From: Candidatus Finniella inopinata
GTDB lineage: Bacteria; Pseudomonadota; Alphaproteobacteria; Paracaedibacterales; CAITNM01
Direction of reading: 5' to 3'
Assembly: GCA_945860985.1 (NCBI GenBank)
Contig: CAMASM010000003.1
Location: 1 to 42,486 of the forward strand
DNA: 42,486 nt
Shown here: piece by piece, positions 1-9,863 of the stretch
Position numbering within the stretch: position 1 is the stretch's first letter
Layout of the letters: each line of letters opens with the position of its first letter
Notes under the pieces: model-generated
Seen by the model: the letters and a program-made list of their open reading frames with translations, nothing else
Databases searched by the model: none
Told to the model about the DNA's origin: nothing
Program-made: the position numbers and the translations under genes

Positions 1-109
1 AATATTAAGAAAGGTCGTGAATTTTTGGTAAACAGTTTGGAAAATACAGCTAGCAAAGCTTACATACTTTTGCTTCACTTGTAGTAAGATGTTTAGCAAG
101 TTATAAAGC

Positions 110-1744
110 ATGTCATTTGTTTGGGTTTGTTTATTTTTTGTACTTAGTGGTTGCCGTGAAATGAGTAATCATCAGCCTGTAATGCCCAGATTTGATAGGC
201 TGGAGGCAAAGGAGTTGGCTAAACCTGTAGAGAATGTTGTACCTGATTCAGAGCGGGTAAAAGTTATTCAAAAGAAGGAGACTCAAAAGTTTCCAAAAGC
301 TATGTATAAGCTGGTATCAGTATCCGTTTCTGAAGGTATTCCTTTGAAAAACGTTTTTATTGAATTGGCACGGCAGGCTAATGTTGATTTGCAACTTGAT
401 ACGGCTATCGATGCAAAAATTATTTTTACAGCGCAAGATCGCCCGTTTATTGACATAATTAAGGCCATGTGTGAAATGGCAAATTTACGTTTCGATGTGA
501 TTGATAATGCCTTGCGTATTGAGCGAGATACGTTGTATCCACAAAATTATAATGTACAGTTTTTGAATTTATCGCGTTCGAGTGAGAATCAATTAACTGT
601 TGCGACTGATGTTTTTTCAAGTGTTGGTCCAGTGAAAGGGAATATTGGCGATAATGTTTCCAAAAGTGCTTTAAAGGCTACTACCAAAAATGATTTTTGG
701 GATGAGTTAGAGCAAAATCTGAAAACGATCGTTGAAACTAGTGATGAAAAAGGCTCCTATTCCATACATCGTCAGGCTGGACTTGTGTCGCTGCGTGCTA
801 ATCGTAAACAACATATACAGGTGGGGAAATACTTAGAACAATTACGTAAGGTAGCTTGTTGTCAGGTATTGATAGAAGCAAAAATAATTGAAGTAACTTT
901 AAAAGATGAATATAGAAGCGGTATTAATTGGCACGATATTGGTAATAAAGGAGATTTGAGGATAAAAGCTGATTTTGGAAATTTGGCTAACAAGAGTAGT
1001 TTTTTGGATCCGACTTCAGCACAAACCGACATGGTTAGCTTTGGAGCAAGTGGATCACGTTTTTCGGCAATTGCAAATATGCTGCAAGAGTTTGGTTTTG
1101 TTAGGACTTTATCAAGCCCTCGTCTTACTGTAATGAATAACCAAGCAGCCATTTTAAAAGTTGCCCAGAATAAAGTTTATTTCAGGCTTAACTATGACAA
1201 AATGTACAATTCCCAAAACTTTCGTGAAAGCACTACAGTTTCTAGCGATATTCAAACAGTGCCAATCGGCTTAATTATGATGGTGCAGCCATCTATAGAT
1301 CCGCAAACTGGGGAAATTATTTTGTTTTTGAGGCCTAGTATTTCTAGGTTGACTCAAACGGTAGCTGATCCTGCAGTTGATATTGCTTACAATGCCTCTG
1401 CTGTTGCTGGTGCTGAAAGGCAATCATCACCTACTCAGTCACTTATACCGGTTGTTGAAGTACGAGAAATTGATTCTGTGTTACGGTTAAATAATAAAGA
1501 AATGGCAGTTTTAGGTGGTTTAATGGAGGTTCGTTCTTCTGAACATAAGCAGGGTATTCCTGGCCTTGATGAAGTTCCTTTGGTGCGGGATTTAACAGGC
1601 AGCATTTCTGAAGGTGATACAATTGTAGAATTGGTTATTGTGTTAAAAGCAACAATTGTAGATAATGGGGCCATGCCGGATGGGGCGGATCAACGTTTAA
1701 TAGAAAAATACACAACTGATCCACGCCCATTAAATCCTCTTTAA
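110..1744 (+). CDS. Secretin of type II secretion/type IV pilus (GspD/MshL-like), probable lipoprotein
   Basis: Lipobox-like LSGC; secretin motifs QVLIEAKIIEV, LSSPRLTVMNNQAA, GGLM...GIPGLDEVPLV, ELVIVLKATIV. Confidence 0.9.
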   Translation: MSFVWVCLFFVLSGCREMSNHQPVMPRFDRLEAKELAKPVENVVPDSERVKVIQKKETQKFPKAMYKLVSVSVSEGIPLKNVFIELARQANVDLQLDTAIDAKIIFTAQDRPFIDIIKAMCEMANLRFDVIDNALRIERDTLYPQNYNVQFLNLSRSSENQLTVATDVFSSVGPVKGNIGDNVSKSALKATTKNDFWDELEQNLKTIVETSDEKGSYSIHRQAGLVSLRANRKQHIQVGKYLEQLRKVACCQVLIEAKIIEVTLKDEYRSGINWHDIGNKGDLRIKADFGNLANKSSFLDPTSAQTDMVSFGASGSRFSAIANMLQEFGFVRTLSSPRLTVMNNQAAILKVAQNKVYFRLNYDKMYNSQNFRESTTVSSDIQTVPIGLIMMVQPSIDPQTGEIILFLRPSISRLTQTVADPAVDIAYNASAVAGAERQSSPTQSLIPVVEVREIDSVLRLNNKEMAVLGGLMEVRSSEHKQGIPGLDEVPLVRDLTGSISEGDTIVELVIVLKATIVDNGAMPDGADQRLIEKYTTDPRPLNPL

Positions 1745-1763
1745 AAAATAGGATGTGAACGAT

Positions 1764-2387
1764 ATGTTTAAGCAAAAATTTAAAGCGGTTTTTTTTGACT
1801 GGGATAATACCCTAGTTGATGCTTGGCCAATTCTTCTTAAGTCAACAAATGAGGTTTTACAACATTTTGGCTTGCCAACGTTAACGCTAGCTGAAGTTAA
1901 AATAAATGCTAGATCTTCTACACGTGAAGGTTTTCCTAAGCAATTTGGGGAAAACTGGCAAGAAGCGCAAGAAATTTTTTACAACGCAGTTCATGATTAT
2001 AAAGATGAGCTTAGGTTGTATGATGGCGTAGCCGAAAAGCTTCAATTGCTGAAAAATGCCGATTATAAGGTGGCAATTATTAGTAATAAAAAAAATAAGA
2101 TACTTCATGAAGAAATTAAACAATTTAATATTTCTAGTGATTTAGTTTTAGGTTCGGGGGATACTGCCTACGACAAGCCCCACCCTGAGATGGGGTTGAT
2201 TGCTCTAAATCATTTTGGGTTAGGGGCAAAAGAAGTGGTTTATGTAGGTGATAGTATTACTGATTGGGTTTTTGCTAGTAATTTGAATATGCCGGCAATT
2301 GCTATTGGTGATGATGCTTATGATGGGCAGCTACTAGCAAGGTTTGATTCTGTGAATCAGCCTATTGAGATTTTGCTTGCTAGCTAA
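1764..2387 (+). CDS. HAD-superfamily hydrolase (phosphoglycolate phosphatase-like)
   Basis: Motif I FDWDNTLVD, SNK, KPHP, motif IV VGDSITD; ATG at 1764 preferred over GTG 1755. Confidence 0.9.
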   Translation: MFKQKFKAVFFDWDNTLVDAWPILLKSTNEVLQHFGLPTLTLAEVKINARSSTREGFPKQFGENWQEAQEIFYNAVHDYKDELRLYDGVAEKLQLLKNADYKVAIISNKKNKILHEEIKQFNISSDLVLGSGDTAYDKPHPEMGLIALNHFGLGAKEVVYVGDSITDWVFASNLNMPAIAIGDDAYDGQLLARFDSVNQPIEILLAS

Positions 2388-2390
2388 AGC

Positions 2391-2597
2391 TAAGTTGCGT
2401 TCATAGTAATATGCCTACGAAATAATCACCTGGATACCGCGGTCTGGGCCGCGGTACGTCGCACTAGATACTCCCGCAGCTACGTCAATGGATAGCCACT
2501 AACGACACCCCGCATACCCCGTCATCGGGGCGGCGCTTGATAGCGGGGTCCAAAGCTCAGTGAGATAGGAATCTCATATCATCTTGAGTGCAAGTTG
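2391..2597. repeat. Intergenic palindromic element cluster (RPE/REP/MITE-like)
   Basis: GC-rich hairpin ggataccgcggtctgggccgcggtacgtc at 2432-2460, related to copies at 22.5/22.8 kb and 41.2/41.3 kb; second palindrome ccccgc...gcggggtcca at about 2503-2552; imperfect outer inverted ends aagttgcgttca / tgagtgcaagtt. Confidence 0.7.
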
Positions 2598-2605
2598 GGG
2601 TAAGA

Positions 2606-3118
2606 TTAAACTTTTTTTGAGATTTTAATTGCTGTCTTGGTTATTGTTTTAACTACTTTACTTAAAATTTCGAAGCCATTGATTTCTCTACCGCCTCCTT
2701 GTTCCGCTATTGCGCGGTGGTGGTCTTCTTCTTTTTGAAATTGTTGAATTGTATCTAACAAACTTTTGTGCTCTGGAAACTCTTTCAAAACATCAATTTG
2801 CTGTTGGTAATGTTCAACGATTACTTCTTCAACGGCAATTGTACAAGCATGGGCTGCACGTTTTCCCATTAATGCGGTAACTGCACCCATTCCATAGCTT
2901 AATAGGTGCCACAATGGTTGAAATGTAGTGGGCTGTACTTTGTTTTCAATCATTAATTTTGTAAAAGTTTTAAGGTGTTCAATCTCTTGTTCTGCCATGA
3001 ACACCAAATCAGGGTCGTCGCCTAAAATTTTGCGTTGTGCCTTATAAATTTGCTGGGCACCAAGCTCACCAGCATGGTTGACCCGCAATATCGATTTTAT
3101 TTCTTTGGATGAGTCCAT
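2606..3118 (-). CDS. coq7: Demethoxyubiquinone hydroxylase Coq7
   Basis: Di-iron motifs ILRVNHAGELGA..IY, EQEIEHL, AVEEVIVEHY, EEDHH; ATG at 3118. Confidence 0.92.
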   Translation of the reverse strand: MDSSKEIKSILRVNHAGELGAQQIYKAQRKILGDDPDLVFMAEQEIEHLKTFTKLMIENKVQPTTFQPLWHLLSYGMGAVTALMGKRAAHACTIAVEEVIVEHYQQQIDVLKEFPEHKSLLDTIQQFQKEEDHHRAIAEQGGGREINGFEILSKVVKTITKTAIKISKKV

Positions 3119-3612
3119 TCCCGCCAACCAATTACTAGTGTTGCAAATAAAAATGCTCCTATAGTCCACCAACTAGCAGGGATTCCAAAAATGTACCAAT
3201 TGATTTGATCGCAGCGTGCAACCTTTTGATTTTTCATTTGTTCTTGCAGTGATTGCAACATTTCTGCTGGGTCACTTGAAGTTAGGTTAACGTTTCCAAC
3301 ACATGATTGTGGCATTGCCCACCATTTTTGTTCAACACCAACATGGTATCCTGTTAGAATTACTCCACCCAATGCAAATAAATAAATAATTGTGGTACCA
3401 GCTTTATGATCAACTCCTGAAACTACTACACCTAGCGACATGGCGATAATCGCCATCATTACATAACGCTCAAATATGCAGAGACTACATGGAACAATGC
3501 CAAATCCGTATTCTGCCATATAGCCAGTACATAGTAGGCTAAAAAAGAATACAGCTACGAACCAGTAGAAATATCTGGAGTTTTTAAAAATCTCGTTAGT
3601 CACCCTATGCAC
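3097..3612 (-). CDS. dsbB: Disulfide bond formation protein B
   Basis: PCSLCIFER motif, YHVGVE, second periplasmic Cys pair, 4 hydrophobic segments. Confidence 0.88.
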   Translation of the reverse strand: MHRVTNEIFKNSRYFYWFVAVFFFSLLCTGYMAEYGFGIVPCSLCIFERYVMMAIIAMSLGVVVSGVDHKAGTTIIYLFALGGVILTGYHVGVEQKWWAMPQSCVGNVNLTSSDPAEMLQSLQEQMKNQKVARCDQINWYIFGIPASWWTIGAFLFATLVIGWREWTHPKK

Positions 3613-4229
3613 TTCACAATAGCAAATCCTACTAAAATTATAGCTAAGCTTACCAAAAGCGCTAGAGTTAAATATTTTTCAATGTATTGTTTTGCAATAG
3701 GTCCAAAAAAGTATAATAGCGCTGATAATAGGTAGAAACGAAAGGATCTAGCTATGATTGAGGCTGTAATAAATTGCATAAAATCAAACTTGGCAACGCC
3801 ACAGGTAATAGTTACAAGCTTGTAAGGAATGGGCGTTAGGCCTTTAAGCGCGATAATCCAAAATCCATAATTTTGGAAATCGTTTTGAAAGCGGTCAAAA
3901 GCGCTTTGCATTTGATAGGTATCGATAATCCACTGTCCAAAAGATGCGAATAGGTAAAAGCCAATTGCGTATCCTAACATTCCACCAATAACAGATGAGA
4001 CTGTTGCCCAAAAAGCCAAGCGCCAAGCTAATAAGCGATTTGCTAGAATCATGGGAATGAGCATGAAATCAGGAGGAAGCGGGAAAAATGAACTTTCTGC
4101 AAAAGCTACTAAGTACATTATGTACTGGGCACGTTTAGTTTCTGCAGCTTCTAGGCACCAGTCATACATGCGGCGTAAGAGATTAGGTTGTTTTACCTTT
4201 GCCTGTGAGCAAGTTAAATTACTTGTCAT
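3600..4229 (-). CDS. YqaA/DedA family membrane protein
   Basis: AFAESSFFPLPPD, TPIPYK, RSFRFY motifs. Confidence 0.9.
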   Translation of the reverse strand: MTSNLTCSQAKVKQPNLLRRMYDWCLEAAETKRAQYIMYLVAFAESSFFPLPPDFMLIPMILANRLLAWRLAFWATVSSVIGGMLGYAIGFYLFASFGQWIIDTYQMQSAFDRFQNDFQNYGFWIIALKGLTPIPYKLVTITCGVAKFDFMQFITASIIARSFRFYLLSALLYFFGPIAKQYIEKYLTLALLVSLAIILVGFAIVKCIG

Positions 4230-4319
4230 TCAGTTTTTACAAAAAATTTCAGAGCTAGACTTTTATACCACAAAACATGACAATCGCTACATGTATTTGG
4301 GGTAGAATTGGACGAGATT

Positions 4320-6149
4320 ATGTGTGGTATTATTGGTATTTTATCAAACGAGCAGGTTGGGGGTAGAATAATCGATGGATTATCACGTTTGGAATATCGT
4401 GGTTATGATTCTGCTGGTGTTGCTACAATTGATCAAAGAGCTATTCAAAGACGTAGATCTGAAGGAAAACTTCAAGCATTGAGAGATATTTTAGAATCAG
4501 ATCCAATTTCTGGAACTGTTGGTATTGGCCATACTCGTTGGGCTACCCATGGTTTGCCAACTCATCAAAATGCTCATCCTCATGCTACTGATCGAGTGGC
4601 TGTAGTGCATAATGGTATAATTGAAAATTATCAGTTGCTTAAGAATGCATTAATTAATCAGGGTTTAGTATTTCAAAGTGAAACTGATACAGAAGTCGTG
4701 GTGCACTTAATTGATCAAGCTTTGAAAGCTGGTAAGTCGCCGGAAAATGCTGTGCGTGAGACTATTGAAAAGTTAGAGGGCGCATTTGCTTTGGCGATTG
4801 TCTTTAAAGATAATCCGGATCTATTAATTGGCACACGTCGAGGTAGTCCTTTAGTTCTTGGAATTAATGATGATGAGCTGTTCCTAGGATCAGATGCTTG
4901 GGCACTTGCTCCATGGACCAAAAAGGTTTGTTACCTTGAGGAAGGGGATACGGTTATTATGCAACGTGGTGCAGAATTTACTTACGAAATTTATGATGCA
5001 GGTAACCAGATCGTAAAGCGTCCGTTGAAAGAGTTAAACTTAGCGATAGGTGCTGCTAATAAGGGAAAATATAGCCACTTTATGTTAAAGGAAATTTTTG
5101 AACAACCTCAAACCTTAAGTGATACTTTACTTTCTTTGGTTGATGAACAAAGTAAAACTATACAGATTGAGTCGCCGTTTGATCTTTCAAATAAAATTTT
5201 ACGTATTCGGCTGATTTCCTGTGGTACATCGTATTACGCTTGCCTTATGGCTAAATACTGGTTTGAAAAGATGGCACACATTTTGTGTGAGGTTGATTTA
5301 GCTTCAGAATTTCGTTATCGCGATCCGGTTTTAAATAGTGACGATATTTGCGTGTTTGTTTCACAGTCTGGTGAAACTATCGATACCTTAGCGGCGCTTA
5401 ATTTAGTTAAAGGTATGGGGTGTCAAACCGTGGCAATAGTGAACGTTCCTGAGAGTTCACTGGCGCGTGCTGCCCATAAGCATATTTTAACCATGGCTGG
5501 TCCTGAAATTGGTGTAGCTTCAACAAAAGCGTTTACAGCACAGTTGATGGTGTTAAATATATTAGCATTGCAAGCTGCGGAATTTCGCAAAGTTATGGAT
5601 AAAGAGGCTGTGCTTAAGCATTTTACTGACCTCTTACATGTGCCAAAACAAGTAAGCCAGGTTTTACAAAATGTTTCAGAATTCGACAAACTAGGTTTAA
5701 GACTTTCGCAGGCTCGGGATATACTATTTATTGGTCGCGGTACAAATTACCCAGTGGCTTTAGAAGGGGCATTAAAGTTGAAAGAGATTTCTTATATTCA
5801 TGCAGAAGCGCATGCTGCGGGTGAATTAAAGCATGGTCCAATTGCTTTGATAGACAAGCTTACTCCGTTAATTGCTATTGCGCCAAATGATGCTTGGTTT
5901 GAAAAAACTGCTTCAAATATTCAAGAGGTTTCTGCTCGTGGTGCGCCAATTTTTGTATTGACTGATGATCATAGCTTTAAAGTAAATGCCCATGAATTTC
6001 AAAATATTTGTTTACCTAAATCTAGTAGTGTTGGTAACTGTTTTATCTACACTTGTGCTGTGCAATGTATTGCATACTATACCGCTTTGCATAAAGGTAC
6101 GGATGTGGACCAGCCGAGAAATCTGGCTAAGTCGGTCACTGTTGAATAA
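4320..6149 (+). CDS. glmS: Glutamine--fructose-6-phosphate aminotransferase
   Basis: N-terminal MCGIIG (ATG 4320), LEYRGYDSAG, GHTRWATHG, C-terminal PRNLAKSVTVE. Confidence 0.98.
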   Translation: MCGIIGILSNEQVGGRIIDGLSRLEYRGYDSAGVATIDQRAIQRRRSEGKLQALRDILESDPISGTVGIGHTRWATHGLPTHQNAHPHATDRVAVVHNGIIENYQLLKNALINQGLVFQSETDTEVVVHLIDQALKAGKSPENAVRETIEKLEGAFALAIVFKDNPDLLIGTRRGSPLVLGINDDELFLGSDAWALAPWTKKVCYLEEGDTVIMQRGAEFTYEIYDAGNQIVKRPLKELNLAIGAANKGKYSHFMLKEIFEQPQTLSDTLLSLVDEQSKTIQIESPFDLSNKILRIRLISCGTSYYACLMAKYWFEKMAHILCEVDLASEFRYRDPVLNSDDICVFVSQSGETIDTLAALNLVKGMGCQTVAIVNVPESSLARAAHKHILTMAGPEIGVASTKAFTAQLMVLNILALQAAEFRKVMDKEAVLKHFTDLLHVPKQVSQVLQNVSEFDKLGLRLSQARDILFIGRGTNYPVALEGALKLKEISYIHAEAHAAGELKHGPIALIDKLTPLIAIAPNDAWFEKTASNIQEVSARGAPIFVLTDDHSFKVNAHEFQNICLPKSSSVGNCFIYTCAVQCIAYYTALHKGTDVDQPRNLAKSVTVE

Positions 6150-6160
6150 GTTGACGGTTT

Positions 6161-6195
6161 TAAAAAAAGGGGCTCTTTTAGAGCCCCTTAATTTA
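6161..6195. terminator. Probable bidirectional intrinsic terminator between convergent glmS and hpf
   Basis: Stem aaggggctct-ttt-agagcccctt (6167-6189) with A-run upstream and T-rich tail. Confidence 0.75.
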
Positions 6196-6753
6196 TTAAG
6201 CACATTTGCTTGGATCAATCCAGCCTACGTTGCCATCTTTTCTTCTGTAAACTACGTTTAACTGGTCATTAGCTGCATTTTTAAACATCACTATTGGTGA
6301 ATCTGCCAAATCAAGTTTCATTACGGCTTCACTAACTGTTAAGTGGTGAATTTCGTGGGCCATTTCGGCTACTACAACTGGAATATCAGTGCCACTATCT
6401 TCTGACTTATGATCAACTACTGAATATAAGGCTGAGATTGCAGCTACATCGCTGTGGCGCTTGCGATCACGTAATCTAGAACGGTATTTCTTGATGCGTG
6501 TTTCTAGTTTTGTTAAAGCATCACCGAAGCTTTTGTATGCATCACTGTCGTGACCTTTGCTGTGAATAACTAAATTCTTGCTAACGTGTACAGCTAAGTC
6601 AGTAATGAATTCGTGGTTGTTTTTGCTAAGGTGAACATTAGATTCATGAAGTTCACCAACGTATTTATCTAATAGGTTTTTTAGTTCGGTTTCAATAAAC
6701 GTGTTGAGGCTTTCTCCTACGTCTACTTGATGACCTGCTATTTGTATTGACAT
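6196..6753 (-). CDS. hpf: Ribosome hibernation promoting factor (long HPF/RaiA)
   Basis: N-terminal IQIAGHQVDVGESL; C-terminal EAVMKLDL...NVVYRRKDGNVGWIDP. Confidence 0.93.
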   Translation of the reverse strand: MSIQIAGHQVDVGESLNTFIETELKNLLDKYVGELHESNVHLSKNNHEFITDLAVHVSKNLVIHSKGHDSDAYKSFGDALTKLETRIKKYRSRLRDRKRHSDVAAISALYSVVDHKSEDSGTDIPVVVAEMAHEIHHLTVSEAVMKLDLADSPIVMFKNAANDQLNVVYRRKDGNVGWIDPSKCA

Positions 6754-6767
6754 AACCTTACTCCTTT

Positions 6768-8525
6768 TTAAGAATCCAAACTTCTAGCTTGTCTTTTCCA
6801 TAAATGAGCATATTGCCCATCTAAATGCAACAGCTGCTGATGAGTTCCTGATTCGATAATTTTACCTTTTTCCAGTACAAAAATCTGGTCGGCATCTATT
6901 ACAGTTGAAAGTCTATGGGCAACCATAATCGTAGTACGACCTTTCATTAACTCATTCAAGGCCATTTGGATGTGACGCTCGGAATCAGTATCAAGCGCAG
7001 ACGTTGCTTCGTCAAGTAGCAAAATTGGCGCTTTTTTAAGCATGGCTCTAGCAATTGCTAAACGTTGGCGTTGTCCCCCGGAAAGACTTACGCCATTTTC
7101 ACCAACAATAGTGTGGTATCCTTGGGGTAATCTTTCAATGAAATCGTGTGCTGCTGCGGCTTTTGCCACATTATATACATCTTCTTCTGAAAAGTATTGG
7201 CATCCATAAGCGATATTTTCAAAAACGCTTAAATCAAATAAGGCAATTTCTTGACTAACTAGGGCAATTTGAGAACGTAATTGCGACAATTCCCAGTCTT
7301 TTACGTCGATTCCATCAATAATGACTTGCCCCTGTTCGACGTCATAAAAACGCGGTATTAGGTTAATAACTGTAGACTTACCAGAACCACTGGCACCAAC
7401 AAGAGCAATGCATTGGCCAGCTTGTGCCGTAAGGCTAATTCCTTGTAACGCTTTTTTTCTTGGTCCGTAAGAAAAATATACATCATTGTATTCAACACGC
7501 CCTTTAATTTGTTTTGGTAGTTTAGGTTTTTCAGGAGTAAGGATTGTAACTGGCGCATCTATAATTTCAAAAACCCTATCAGCTGCTGCTAGGCCTTCTT
7601 GGAGATTTGCATTTAGGTTGCTTAGGCGTTTTAGGGGTTCGTACGCTAGAATGAGTGCACCTATAAATGAAATAAATTCACCTGTGGTTCTGTTATGGTG
7701 CATTACTTGCAAGCCACCATAGGCAATCACTGAAATAATAGCGATGCCACCCATGCTTTCGATAATTGGGTGGCCTAACGATCTTACTCTGGCAGTTTTT
7801 ACAACTAGTTTGAAAATTTTTTCAATTTGCTTCATTGCGCGATGAGCTTCGTAGTTTTCGGTACCGTATGCTTTTATTACTCTAATTCCCTGAAAAATCT
7901 GGGTTAATTGTTTTGTAAAGTGTGCAATTTCTTCTTGGGCATTAAATGTTACTTTGCGCATTCTTCTGCCAATTCGAATAATTGGCAAAAATGCTGCTGG
8001 AAAAATAAAAAAAGACATGCAGGCTAAAAACCAATCGCGGTAAAACATTACCCCAATTAAAAACAAAAGGGTGAAGCTGTCTCTGCCGAAGCCAACAATG
8101 GTGGTAGCAACGCTATTACGCATTAGTGATACATCGTTTGTAAATCTAGATAAAATTTCACCGCTGTTGCGCTTGTGAAAATAATCAAGGTCTAGGCTAA
8201 GTAAGTGACCAAGAACTCTGTTTTGAATATCTGAAATGATGCTTTGACCGATACGTGTCATAGTTACAGTTTCACCGTAAGAGGCCAATCCTTTAATAAC
8301 AAATGCAGCTAGTACGGCTGCGCAAAAAGTAAAAAGTAACGTAGGGTCACTTTTTGTGAAAACATCGTCAAAAACTGGTTGCAGTAAAAAGGGCAAGGCT
8401 GCGGTTGATGCGGCGGTTAGTAGCATAAAAAGGCAGGCTTTCGCAAATTTAGCCTTATAGGGTGATAGGTGTTCGTGAACCAATCTTTTTGCAAGGGACT
8501 TTTTTAAGAGATTATTTTCTGTCAT
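6768..8525 (-). CDS. msbA: Lipid A export ABC transporter MsbA-like
   Basis: 6-TM domain plus NBD: GASGSGKST, LSGGQRQR, LLLDEATSALD, AHRLSTV; lpxD and lpxK are in the window. Confidence 0.85.
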   Translation of the reverse strand: MTENNLLKKSLAKRLVHEHLSPYKAKFAKACLFMLLTAASTAALPFLLQPVFDDVFTKSDPTLLFTFCAAVLAAFVIKGLASYGETVTMTRIGQSIISDIQNRVLGHLLSLDLDYFHKRNSGEILSRFTNDVSLMRNSVATTIVGFGRDSFTLLFLIGVMFYRDWFLACMSFFIFPAAFLPIIRIGRRMRKVTFNAQEEIAHFTKQLTQIFQGIRVIKAYGTENYEAHRAMKQIEKIFKLVVKTARVRSLGHPIIESMGGIAIISVIAYGGLQVMHHNRTTGEFISFIGALILAYEPLKRLSNLNANLQEGLAAADRVFEIIDAPVTILTPEKPKLPKQIKGRVEYNDVYFSYGPRKKALQGISLTAQAGQCIALVGASGSGKSTVINLIPRFYDVEQGQVIIDGIDVKDWELSQLRSQIALVSQEIALFDLSVFENIAYGCQYFSEEDVYNVAKAAAAHDFIERLPQGYHTIVGENGVSLSGGQRQRLAIARAMLKKAPILLLDEATSALDTDSERHIQMALNELMKGRTTIMVAHRLSTVIDADQIFVLEKGKIIESGTHQQLLHLDGQYAHLWKRQARSLDS

Positions 8526-8593
8526 AAATACGGAATAACAATTTTGTTAAACCTATCAATTTTTTAAAACCTTAGCAATCACACACAGTTTTT

Positions 8594-9760
8594 ATGCAAG
8601 CACAAAATTTTTCGATTCTAAAATGGCTGGTTTTTTTTGTAGTTTTTGCATGTTTACCTTTTCCGCACGGTAATATTTATCCATTAGCATTACTAATGGC
8701 CGCGTGCCTATATAACGCCAAGAAGTATCAGATTAATTATGAAAGGGTTGATTGGTACTTAATTGCTTTTTTGTGTTGGGGAGGGATTAGTGTTTTTTGG
8801 GCAAATGATGTGCTGATGACACTAAAGATTTATGCCAAAGTTGTTTTTATAATGCTAGGTGGTGTGTTGTGGTTTAGTGTTTATAACCAACTAGACCAAG
8901 AAAAAAAATACATAGTAAAAAATATTGTTTTTGTAGCAAGCATTTTACTTTTATTTTCTTTGTTATTCTTTGTAATAAATATTAAGTTCAGTGGTAATCT
9001 GTACAAGGTTATTGCGCCACATATTTCCCCGGCGTTGGTACATGCTTCTATTGCCTGTAGTCTTGCCATTTGGGCAAATTTGGTCAAGCTTCATAAACTG
9101 GTTCGTTCCTCTATTTTAATTTTGGCAATATTTACGTTACAATTTGCTAGTAGTGATGCAGCTGCTTTAGGTGTGTTTTTAGGGTCAAGTACTTTGCTAA
9201 TGCATAAATTATTGCCTAAATTTTTAAGGTTTATGTTTATTTATGGCATGCCAATAGTTTGGTTTTTTATGCCATTTACCTTTTGCTTATTTACTGTGGA
9301 AAATTATCACCAATGGGCGTCTTGTCTAGATCCTAGTTATACCCACCGTTTGTTTATTTGGAATTCTGTGGTTAATCAAATTTTTGAAAGATTTTGGACA
9401 GGGTTTGGTTTTGGTAGCTCACGTTTTAAAGAGTTTGGGTTAAAAGCTGAAGAAGTTCTCATTAACATTGGTAATAATCAGCAAATTCTTGATGCTCCAG
9501 TGCATCCCCATAATTACATGTTGCAAATTTGGCTTGAACTTGGGGCTATTGGGGTGTTGCTTGCTAGTTTGCTATGGATTATTTATTGGAATAGACAATA
9601 TCAAAAAGTAGATAGTTATTGTATTGCCTTTTGGGCCAGTACTTTGTGTGTGGCGGTTACAAGTATTAGTGTTTGGCAAAGCTGGTGGTTATTTTTGATG
9701 GTGATCTTGTTCCCAATCTATAGTTTTAACAATAGCAATGCTAATGCTAGCAGGACGTAG
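8594..9760 (+). CDS. O-antigen ligase family protein (Wzy_C/WaaL)
   Basis: Polytopic; S..HRLFIW, GFGFGS, HPHNYMLQIWLELGAIG. Confidence 0.88.
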   Translation: MQAQNFSILKWLVFFVVFACLPFPHGNIYPLALLMAACLYNAKKYQINYERVDWYLIAFLCWGGISVFWANDVLMTLKIYAKVVFIMLGGVLWFSVYNQLDQEKKYIVKNIVFVASILLLFSLLFFVINIKFSGNLYKVIAPHISPALVHASIACSLAIWANLVKLHKLVRSSILILAIFTLQFASSDAAALGVFLGSSTLLMHKLLPKFLRFMFIYGMPIVWFFMPFTFCLFTVENYHQWASCLDPSYTHRLFIWNSVVNQIFERFWTGFGFGSSRFKEFGLKAEEVLINIGNNQQILDAPVHPHNYMLQIWLELGAIGVLLASLLWIIYWNRQYQKVDSYCIAFWASTLCVAVTSISVWQSWWLFLMVILFPIYSFNNSNANASRT

Positions 9761-9863
9761 TTTCTAGCAATCACATAGTTTCTTACAATTTTCATAAAAG
9801 CCTATTAACTATTTTTTTACTTTGTTGTGACAGATTATTATTAAGTAATCTAAGAGAATTGCA

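Noticed and set aside
4230-4319. glmS ribozyme upstream of glmS
   Set aside because: The intergenic region is only about 90 bp, AT-rich and shared with a divergent gene; no ribozyme core visible
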